Positions 29,308 to 37,258 of a stretch of 41,841 nucleotides of DNA are shown piece after piece. Location of the stretch: NCBI GenBank assembly GCA_009937205.1, contig JAACCR010000014.1, positions 1 to 41,841 of the forward strand, read 5' to 3'. Below the pieces are notes generated by a model. The model had not been told where the DNA came from, did no database searches, and saw only the letters and a list, made by a program, of their open reading frames with translations. A program made the translations under genes and the position numbers. The stretch's first letter is position 1. The number at the start of each line of letters is the position of its first letter. The stretch is from Methanobacteriota archaeon. GTDB lineage: Archaea; Thermoplasmatota; Poseidoniia; Poseidoniales; Poseidoniaceae.

Positions 29308-30552
29308 ATGGAGCACGATATTTTCTTCTCAATCAGTCAAACTCCAAATGCTGAGGGATATGTTCCTAGCGAGCAAGAGATGTTCACTAATTATTACCAG
29401 CCATTGCAATGTGCAGATGATTTAGGCTTCGGTGTCGGCTGGTTAGCCCAAGCACACCTTTCAACTGAAACGCAAAAAAGTAACTCGCGACCAGTAGTAC
29501 CACATTGGATTGGAGAGGTTGGATTGTGTACCGATTTCCCGCAGTTGGCGATGGATTCTTTTAGAAGAACTAAGAATATTGAAATTGGTAGTGCAGTTCT
29601 ATCAATACTTGCATCAGGAGGGCCTATAGCGCAGGCAGAAAGAGTCGCCAATACTCTAAATTTACTCGGAATTGATGCAAATGAAAAACGTAGATTGCAC
29701 GTAGGTTTTGCAGCAGGACGCTTTGAATTCATGGCAAGGCCCTACGGCATAGTGCCTCGTAATTCAGTAGAAGAGGCGGCATGGCCTGCATTGCGGGGTC
29801 AAATATTCATGGAAGCAAGTGATATCTTCTTGAGATTACTAAGAGGGGATACAATCAATTCAACTCAGACTTTCAAGACCATCTTAACCAGAGCGAATTT
29901 CCGTAGCGATGAAGACTGGCAAGCAGTTCAAGATGCAGCAGTTGAGTTTGAAGGACTCGACTCTGTTCCTGAAGAGATTGAAATTCCTAAGCGTTATGTT
30001 TTTGAAGATTTAAAAATCATTCCACAAAATTTCCGTCGTGAATTATTACAATTAGTTGCTGGAACACACGATCCTAGAGCACAAAAATTCGTTAATACTA
30101 TTCTTCCGGTCAAGGTATTCAATCTATCGATTACCAAGGATGAAATCATTGATGCTACTCACCAAAAAATGTCTGAATTATATCACCCCGATGGTGGCCA
30201 ATGGAAGCGTAGTGATATGCCTAGAACTTCTTTCGTTTTTATTAATGCAGAGCAAGGACTTACTCCAGAGCAACAAACAAAAGCAGCACAGCAAGAAGCA
30301 AATTCTGCACTAGGCGCTTATTGGAATGCATTGGAGGGTACGATTGACCCTTCCAAAGTAAAAAGCGCTTCAAATAACGCACTTGTTGGCAATCCTCAAG
30401 ACATTGCAAAACAAATGGTCGAGCGTTTCCACCCACAAGATAGAGTCATGGCTTGGTTTGATTTCTTCAATCACGATAGTGATAGAGTATGCCGTAATAT
30501 GACTGCATATATGGAGCAAGTCGTACCATTGGTTGAGGAATTATTGGAGTGA
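29308..30552 (+). CDS. Luciferase-like (LLM-class) flavin-dependent monooxygenase/oxidoreductase
   Basis: ADDLGFGVGWLAQAH, TKNIEIGSAV, AERVANT, RLHVGFAAG and LVGNPQDIA...EQVVP follow the LLM TIM-barrel pattern. Confidence 0.82.
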   Translation: MEHDIFFSISQTPNAEGYVPSEQEMFTNYYQPLQCADDLGFGVGWLAQAHLSTETQKSNSRPVVPHWIGEVGLCTDFPQLAMDSFRRTKNIEIGSAVLSILASGGPIAQAERVANTLNLLGIDANEKRRLHVGFAAGRFEFMARPYGIVPRNSVEEAAWPALRGQIFMEASDIFLRLLRGDTINSTQTFKTILTRANFRSDEDWQAVQDAAVEFEGLDSVPEEIEIPKRYVFEDLKIIPQNFRRELLQLVAGTHDPRAQKFVNTILPVKVFNLSITKDEIIDATHQKMSELYHPDGGQWKRSDMPRTSFVFINAEQGLTPEQQTKAAQQEANSALGAYWNALEGTIDPSKVKSASNNALVGNPQDIAKQMVERFHPQDRVMAWFDFFNHDSDRVCRNMTAYMEQVVPLVEELLE

Positions 30553-30557
30553 AGATT

Positions 30558-31673
30558 ATGGAAATCCGACATGATGAACACTCTGCGGTAAAGCCCGGTA
30601 ATCCTGGGTCTGCATTGTTTCCATCATCCCCTCTTGGTGAATCGATAGAAGGTATTCCAACCGGCCGAGAAGTTGCATGGGAACCACTTGTTGATTACCG
30701 CAGAAACGGTGTTTCTGAAACTACCATACATGGTGCGGTTGCATGGGCACATGGCGATGAAGTCATACATTCCTTCGGAGGCAATGTATTGTGCTATGGA
30801 CGTTCAATGATGAAGCCATTTATGCTCAAAGCATTCACAGAAGAATTAGAGGATTGTAGTTGGGAACAAAAGGCGATATCGGTTGCTTCACACAATGGCG
30901 ATACCGAACATGTCGCTGCCGCTCAATCGCTACTCAGCGAATCTGAATGGCCATTGATGCTAACTCCATTAGACGTGCCTCTAATCCAATTTGGACGTCA
31001 AGTACGAAGACCACGCCGCTGGTTTCACACCTGCTCGGGTGAGCATTCAGCGATATTGCATGGTTGCCGTAAAAAAGGATGGAATAGAGCAGGATATACT
31101 CTGCCAGGACATGAAGTATTCACAGCCTATATGGCTGAATTAAGAAAATATCTCGGCCAAGATTGGCAACCACTTCGTATTGCAAAGGATGGATGTGGCT
31201 TGCCCACAGTTTCCAACACTGTCGCCGAATTAGCACAAATTTACGCAGGCCTTGTTCGTGACAAAGATAAAGATTGGATATGGGAGGCGATGATTAAACA
31301 TCCCGATTTAGTTGGAGGATTCAATCGATTGGATTCAACTGTACTGAAAGCTGGGGATGGAGAGGTAATCGCTAAAGAAGGAGCAGATGGTTTACTTGGT
31401 TTAGCGATTGAACACCCCGATTATCCAAAAGGTCTCGGTATTGTAATCAAAATAGCCCATGGCTGGAATTCCCAAGCAACATGGTATCTTGCAAGGGCTG
31501 TATTGGGAGTACTTGGAATTGATTTGAGAAACCCATATCCATTACACCGGCAGAAAGCATTCGTAGTTCCTGGTATCGTTCCAGAAGAATATTTAGAAAT
31601 ATTGAGTTCACTACCAACTTGGGATGAATGGGATCCTGATGGTGACCGTTGGCTATACGATGTGGAGGTCTGA
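30558..31673 (+). CDS. Class 3 (Rhizobium etli-type, Asparaginase_II) asparaginase-like hydrolase
   Basis: RSMMKPF (RSxxKP), ASHNG..EH, TCSGEH (usually NCSGKH), DGCGLP and AKEGADG. Start is ATG 30558 after GGAGTGA or GTG 30549. Confidence 0.82.
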   Translation: MEIRHDEHSAVKPGNPGSALFPSSPLGESIEGIPTGREVAWEPLVDYRRNGVSETTIHGAVAWAHGDEVIHSFGGNVLCYGRSMMKPFMLKAFTEELEDCSWEQKAISVASHNGDTEHVAAAQSLLSESEWPLMLTPLDVPLIQFGRQVRRPRRWFHTCSGEHSAILHGCRKKGWNRAGYTLPGHEVFTAYMAELRKYLGQDWQPLRIAKDGCGLPTVSNTVAELAQIYAGLVRDKDKDWIWEAMIKHPDLVGGFNRLDSTVLKAGDGEVIAKEGADGLLGLAIEHPDYPKGLGIVIKIAHGWNSQATWYLARAVLGVLGIDLRNPYPLHRQKAFVVPGIVPEEYLEILSSLPTWDEWDPDGDRWLYDVEV

Positions 31674-31675
31674 AA

Positions 31676-33118
31676 ATGATAATCAATAATTTCATCGATG
31701 GCAAATTCACTGCACCGGTCGAACAGCGTATGATGGATAATTTCAATCCAGCCGATGGAACCCACATCGCTACGATTCCTAGAGCATCTGCTGCTGATGT
31801 AGATGCAGCAGTATCATCTGCAAAGAAAGCACTACCACAATGGTCTGCATTAACCATCCTTGAAAGAGCGGATTGGTTAGATAAAATCGCAGATGCATTA
31901 GAGGAAATAAAGGAAGAGATAGCACAAACTGAATCACTGGATACAGGTAAGCCAATTTCACTTTCCCGTTCAACCGACGCTACTCGTTCAATTAGCAATT
32001 TTCGCTTCTTCGCAGAATTTGCAAGAAGCCAAGAACCTCTAGTGTTTGAAATGTCAGATGCTACAAATTATGTTCACACTTCACCCCTCGGAATAGTTGG
32101 ATTAATCACTCCTTGGAATCTTCCGTTATACCTTCTGACGTGGAAAGTTGCACCAGCATTACTTATGGGTAATTGCATAATTGCAAAACCATCTGAAATC
32201 ACACCACTAACAGCCAATTTACTGGCCCGTACAATGCAAAGATTGCAACTCCCAGATGGCGTTTTCAATCTAGTTCATGGCTTGGGACCAGAGGTTGGAC
32301 AAGCCATTCTTGAACATCCTGATATCGGCGGTATCTCGTTCACTGGAGGAACATCTACTGGACGTATTGTTGCGAGAACTGCAGCTCCTTTATTCAAGAA
32401 GTTGTCTTTGGAATTAGGAGGTAAAAATGCAACCATTATCCTTGATGATGCCAACCTTGAAACAGTGGTTGCAGGTGCTGTTAGAGCAGCATTTACTAAT
32501 TCTGGACAAGTTTGTTTGTGTAATTCAAGAATCTTAATTCACCAATCAATATATGACGACTTTTGTAAACAATTTATTGAACAAGTCAATACCATGATAG
32601 TAGGTGATCCAAGCGACGAATCAACACAAATAGGTTCAGTTATCTCAATGGAACACCTACAGAAAATAGAATCATACATTGATTTAGCCATCGAAGAAGG
32701 TGGAGAAATTCTCAGTGGTGGAAGCCGTGCTATGACTGGGCAAGTAGGGCCAAATCCAGCAGGGGCATATATCAGGCCAACCGTTATTGGAGGCCTCAGT
32801 CATCTCTCAAGAACTTCTACTGAAGAGATATTTGGCCCTGTCGTAACTCTTCATTCCTTTACAACAGATGATGAGGCAATTGAGATGGCCAACTGTACTG
32901 AATACGGATTAGCAGGTTCTATCTGGACTGAAGATGCTGAAAGAGGTAGGCACTTAGCCGAGCGAATCGATAGCGGAATCGTCTGGGTCAATACATGGAT
33001 GCACAGAGATTTACGCACTCCATTTGGCGGTGTTAAGAACTCTGGAGTCGGTAGAGAGGGCGGCCGTTGGTCACTTTCATTCTTTTCAGAGATGACTAAT
33101 GTTTGTGTTAAACGCTGA
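31676..33118 (+). CDS. Aldehyde dehydrogenase, 2-aminomuconate/2-hydroxymuconate semialdehyde dehydrogenase type (AmnC/ALDH8-like)
   Basis: PWNLPLYLLTWKVAPAL, LELGGKN, GQVCLC, EEIFGPV and WVNTWMHRDLRTPFGGVKNSGVGREGG. GGAGGT precedes ATG 31676. Confidence 0.88.
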   Translation: MIINNFIDGKFTAPVEQRMMDNFNPADGTHIATIPRASAADVDAAVSSAKKALPQWSALTILERADWLDKIADALEEIKEEIAQTESLDTGKPISLSRSTDATRSISNFRFFAEFARSQEPLVFEMSDATNYVHTSPLGIVGLITPWNLPLYLLTWKVAPALLMGNCIIAKPSEITPLTANLLARTMQRLQLPDGVFNLVHGLGPEVGQAILEHPDIGGISFTGGTSTGRIVARTAAPLFKKLSLELGGKNATIILDDANLETVVAGAVRAAFTNSGQVCLCNSRILIHQSIYDDFCKQFIEQVNTMIVGDPSDESTQIGSVISMEHLQKIESYIDLAIEEGGEILSGGSRAMTGQVGPNPAGAYIRPTVIGGLSHLSRTSTEEIFGPVVTLHSFTTDDEAIEMANCTEYGLAGSIWTEDAERGRHLAERIDSGIVWVNTWMHRDLRTPFGGVKNSGVGREGGRWSLSFFSEMTNVCVKR

Positions 33119-33124
33119 ATCTCT

Positions 33125-33967
33125 CTATTGTTTTTTAGCATCTGGATTGGCTTGAATATCTGCTAATGCATTTATTCTAACTCTAACTTGAGCTGGTGTA
33201 GGTAGGTTTTGTTGAAGGAATGCGTGCAAACAATCTGAAAGGTGTATCATTGCAGATTCATAATCTTCATTAATTTCACAAAGGTCAGCCAATCCCCAAT
33301 AAGCAACCAATTGACCAGATAAATCTCCTAATCGTTTTGCTATTTCTAAGGATTCAGTGTACAAATCTCGAGCTGAATCAAAATGCCCGATAGTTGCTTG
33401 ACTATGAGCTAAATCAGACATTGCTTCAATTTGCCCATCTTCATCGTTATCACGCATTAAAATCTCAACTCTTCTTGTCCCTAGGGCGATTGCGGTATCG
33501 GAATCTTGTTGTTTCTTAGCAATCGCTTCCAATACTGCTAGACCATATACAATTCCTTTAGAATCTTCTATCTTTTCTCTAATACGAAGTGATCGTGATG
33601 CACTCGCTTTTGCTTCATCAAGGTCATTCGCAGCGAGTTGTAATAATGCTACATGATGAAGAACTGCTGCTGCTAATTTTTGTGCTTCAGTTATCTTTTC
33701 AGATTCCACTGCCAACTTATAGAAAGAGTCTATTGAGGCATTGATATGCTTAAGAGACTCAAATTTTGTCCATCCTGATTCAACTTCATTTACGGCTACT
33801 TCAGCAGCATGATCAAGTAATTTTTCAGCCAAGTCATTATCTTCAAGTTCTATTGCAAGGGGAATTAATCGAAGTGCTAACGGTGTGTTAATATCACTCA
33901 TTGCACCTCCTGAAGTGAGCATCTCAAGAATCATCTTGGCTCTTTCAGGACTGACTGAACTTTCCAT
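33125..33967 (-). CDS. Tetratricopeptide-repeat-like helical protein
   Basis: Repeats of the form A...LA......G.F..A..LY..SL.I...LGD. GAGGTGA lies upstream. Confidence 0.75.
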   Translation of the reverse strand: MESSVSPERAKMILEMLTSGGAMSDINTPLALRLIPLAIELEDNDLAEKLLDHAAEVAVNEVESGWTKFESLKHINASIDSFYKLAVESEKITEAQKLAAAVLHHVALLQLAANDLDEAKASASRSLRIREKIEDSKGIVYGLAVLEAIAKKQQDSDTAIALGTRRVEILMRDNDEDGQIEAMSDLAHSQATIGHFDSARDLYTESLEIAKRLGDLSGQLVAYWGLADLCEINEDYESAMIHLSDCLHAFLQQNLPTPAQVRVRINALADIQANPDAKKQ

Positions 33968-34005
33968 ATCTTCACCTCATCTGCTCTTGTTTTTGAAGTC
34001 GTGCA

Positions 34006-34821
34006 TCAGATTGAACGCAATCTTCCGCCATCAACTGCCAAAGAGACTCCACGTATACCGCTAGAAGCAGGTAGTGCTAGGAATGCGATTGCAGATGCAG
34101 TTTCCAGAGGATCTATCAGACGTCCAATTGGTACTTGAACCATCCAACCCTCTTGAATATCTTCAACACTCTTACCAGTTTTCTCGTTAATCGATGCTGC
34201 TAGAGACCCAAGTCTTTCCGTATCTGTAAATCCTGGTAAAACATTGTTGATTGTGATACAAGCAGGCAATTCTCTTGACAGTGTTTTTGACCATGAAGCC
34301 ATTGCACCGCGTAATGTATTAGACAATCCTAAATTTGGGATTGGTTCTTTTACCGAAGTAGAAATTATTTGAATAATTCTTCCATAACCTTCGGCTTCCA
34401 TACCAGCAACTACCGCTTGAACCATTGTATGTGCTGCATGGAGATGGCGTTTGAAAGGCCCTTCTAAATCAGCTAACTCAACACCAAGAAGAGGTCCACC
34501 CTTCGGACCAGCTGCATTATTGATTAGGATGTGAATTGCTCCTTTTGCAGAGATTAGTGCCTCAACAGCAGGTCTAATCGCTTCTGTATTTTCAAGATCT
34601 AGCGTGAGTGAGGAATGAGAACCATTACCTAGTGTTGATAGTTCAACACATAATTCATTCAAAGCCTCTGTGTTTCGAGCGCAGACCGTTACACTAGCCC
34701 CTGCTTTTGCCAGAATCTTTGCAGTAGCAGCACCAATTCCTTTGCTTGCACCACACACTAGAGCATGTTTGCCTTTAAGGGCAGTATTGGAGTACGGATA
34801 ATCGTCACCGAGAAGGTCCAT
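34006..34821 (-). CDS. Short-chain dehydrogenase/reductase (atypical active site)
   Basis: GASKGIG Rossmann motif, LINNAAGP, ISTSVKEP, and SNTLR in place of YxxxK. C-terminal VDGG. Confidence 0.88.
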   Translation of the reverse strand: MDLLGDDYPYSNTALKGKHALVCGASKGIGAATAKILAKAGASVTVCARNTEALNELCVELSTLGNGSHSSLTLDLENTEAIRPAVEALISAKGAIHILINNAAGPKGGPLLGVELADLEGPFKRHLHAAHTMVQAVVAGMEAEGYGRIIQIISTSVKEPIPNLGLSNTLRGAMASWSKTLSRELPACITINNVLPGFTDTERLGSLAASINEKTGKSVEDIQEGWMVQVPIGRLIDPLETASAIAFLALPASSGIRGVSLAVDGGRLRSI

Positions 34822-34882
34822 GCGTCATGCCACGCGGCATTGCGTCATAGGCATTTCCTTAGAGAATATTTTCAAAAACGAC

Positions 34883-35629
34883 TTAAAGCCAATCAGTAAT
34901 TGCATTAAGTTGCACAAGCCAATCATCACTTGCAATATCAATAATTGAAAAGTGATCACCTGGCAACCATAATTCATTGACTTCATCATCGCGCTCTTTC
35001 ATCATTTTAGCATAAGCCTCAGATTGACTTAGTGGCACCTCAGTATCTTCTGCACCATGAATGAGAAGAATCGGGCAATCAGCAGGGTTTGTGAGCGGAT
35101 TTAATTGATTCCAAAGAGTTGGATTCTCTTGAGGAGAGCATCCGATCCATTTTCTTACAGCATTCCCCTCATCTGATAGTTCACTTTCATCTGCTGCTAT
35201 TAGGTCTGCAATCGGCGCTTGAGCAATGGCCAACCAAGGCTTTCGTTCAGCCTTTGCCGCCAATAATAGGGCGAGATGTCCACCAGCGGAATGGCCCATA
35301 ATCATCGACCTCTGAACATCTATATTCGGTAATAAGGCAAGTTGGCCCCATGCCCGTAGAACATCTGACAAAGTATCCATCCAAACGCCTTCATCGCCTT
35401 CCTTCCAGCGCTTGAATTCTATATTCCAAGCCGCTATACCTGCTTCTGCTAGATCCTCGGCGATAGGTTTCATCAATTCAGAAGTGAATTGCTCTTTCCA
35501 AAAACCACCATGAATTAGCATGACGCATGGAATGTTACCCGCCTTTTGGTATGGTGATTCATCATCGGGCATATACAAATCAGCGTATTGCCATGGCTCC
35601 GCACCCCATTGCATTCTATCGCAGGCCAT
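34883..35629 (-). CDS. Alpha/beta hydrolase (HSL-like; possible kynurenine formamidase)
   Basis: HGGFW oxyanion motif, GHSAGGHL nucleophile elbow, HGAED (Asp) and GDHF (His). Confidence 0.8.
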   Translation of the reverse strand: MACDRMQWGAEPWQYADLYMPDDESPYQKAGNIPCVMLIHGGFWKEQFTSELMKPIAEDLAEAGIAAWNIEFKRWKEGDEGVWMDTLSDVLRAWGQLALLPNIDVQRSMIMGHSAGGHLALLLAAKAERKPWLAIAQAPIADLIAADESELSDEGNAVRKWIGCSPQENPTLWNQLNPLTNPADCPILLIHGAEDTEVPLSQSEAYAKMMKERDDEVNELWLPGDHFSIIDIASDDWLVQLNAITDWL

Positions 35630-35680
35630 GTTACTGCGAGGGGCTTTAGATACCCGTTGTTTTCGGTCACTTGCTCTTAA

Positions 35681-37087
35681 TCAAGGGCAAATTCGCTTTC
35701 TATCGCGAGGGAACAGAACAGTTTCACGAACATTCTTAGCTCCTGTTAATTTCATTAGAATTCTTTCAACACCAAGTCCCCAGCCAGCGTGTGGTGGCAC
35801 TCCATGACGGAATCCAGCAACATAGAATTCAAATTCTTCAGGGTCTAAATCCATATCCTTTAGATTTTCAATAAGAACATCAATACGGTGTTCACGCTGA
35901 CCTCCGGAAGTTAATTCATCTCTTCCACAGTTTAGGTCAAATCCTCGGCTTAATTGGCGGTCAGTGCTACCCATCTCTCCGTCGATGTGATGGATGTAAA
36001 ACGGTTTTAATTCCATAGGCCACTGAGGTAGGAAATAGAATTGAGGTAAATCTACAGCGAGTAAATCAGAATTTTCAGCATCGATGTCATCGCCCCATTC
36101 TATCTTTCCACCCTTCTCTTTGATAATTCTAATAGCATCACAATATGATACACGTGGGAATGGAAGTTCAGGCACGATTAATTCAATTGGTTCTTCATCC
36201 TGAGTTGCTCGGAATTGATTGATTGTAGCAATGTGAGCGAGACATTCTTCATCCTCTGAGATAGATTGCCAGATATGGTGAATCATTCTTTCTAAAATTC
36301 CCATCACATCTTCATCGTTAGCCCAAGAACACTCGATATCGAATGAAATAAATTCATTCAAGTGACGATATGTATCATGCTTTTCAGCTCTAAATGCTGG
36401 ACCTATTTCGTAAATACGCTCAAGGCCGCCAGACATACACAATTGTTTGAATAATTGTGGAGATTGGTTTAGATAAGCAGGAGTTTCAAAATATGTCATA
36501 GGAAACAAATCAGTACCACCTTCGGTAGCAGTTGCCACTATTTTTGGAGTATGTGTTTCAATAAATCCTTCACTATTCAATTTCTCCCGACCATACTGTA
36601 GGACTTTTCCACGGAGACGGAACATGGCATTGATATGTGTGCGACGAAGATCTAAGAATCGGTTGTCAAGTCTTGTGTCCAGTTCTACATGGACTGTATC
36701 TGTGACTCCCAATGGAAGTGGTGCTTCGGCACGTGCGATTAAATTGACAGAAGTTGCTACGACTTCGTATGCAGGAGGTGGTGTAGGCACTCCCTCCTTC
36801 GCCTTTGGTGGGCGCTTCTCAGAAACTATGCCAGTAAACTGTAAAGTTGATTCACGGGTCATTCGCTGTACTAAATCCAGCGCTTCCTCACCGATATTAT
36901 CTTGTTTCAAGAATACTTGTGTTTTTCCAGTCCCATCTCTAAGGTCAACAAAACAAATCGCACCCTTGCCGCGATTCGCTTCCATAAAGCCTGCAATCGT
37001 CACTGCACTATCAACAAGTTCGGCACCTTTGCTCTGAATTTCGCCTAGAGTGTGGGTTCGATATGCGGTTGGCACATAGTTGCTCAT
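35681..37087 (-). CDS. aspS: Aspartyl-tRNA synthetase, archaeal type
   Basis: OB-fold N-terminus, RLDNRFLDLR, ATEGG, QSPQLFKQ, motif 2 FRAE...RHLNEF, SGGQREH and motif 3 PPHAGWGLGVER...FPRD. Confidence 0.95.
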   Translation of the reverse strand: MSNYVPTAYRTHTLGEIQSKGAELVDSAVTIAGFMEANRGKGAICFVDLRDGTGKTQVFLKQDNIGEEALDLVQRMTRESTLQFTGIVSEKRPPKAKEGVPTPPPAYEVVATSVNLIARAEAPLPLGVTDTVHVELDTRLDNRFLDLRRTHINAMFRLRGKVLQYGREKLNSEGFIETHTPKIVATATEGGTDLFPMTYFETPAYLNQSPQLFKQLCMSGGLERIYEIGPAFRAEKHDTYRHLNEFISFDIECSWANDEDVMGILERMIHHIWQSISEDEECLAHIATINQFRATQDEEPIELIVPELPFPRVSYCDAIRIIKEKGGKIEWGDDIDAENSDLLAVDLPQFYFLPQWPMELKPFYIHHIDGEMGSTDRQLSRGFDLNCGRDELTSGGQREHRIDVLIENLKDMDLDPEEFEFYVAGFRHGVPPHAGWGLGVERILMKLTGAKNVRETVLFPRDRKRICP

Positions 37088-37109
37088 GGTGCTGTGGGGC
37101 GGTCTGCCT

Positions 37110-37125
37110 CACATCAAAACATCGG
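37110..37125 (-). promoter_or_regulatory. Putative BRE/TATA-position element of aspS (CCGATGTTTTGATGTG)
   Basis: 15/16 identical to the element upstream of gatD and at the same offset from the start codon. Confidence 0.6.
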
Positions 37126-37258
37126 TTCATCAATTAGCGTAATTAAGCGTATATTGAGTATTCATTGAATGAATTAATTACTAAAATATTATCTTTGAGA
37201 ATATTATTTGTCAGTAATAGGCGTATTATTCATAAATGATTGTCTTGGGGAGCGATAT

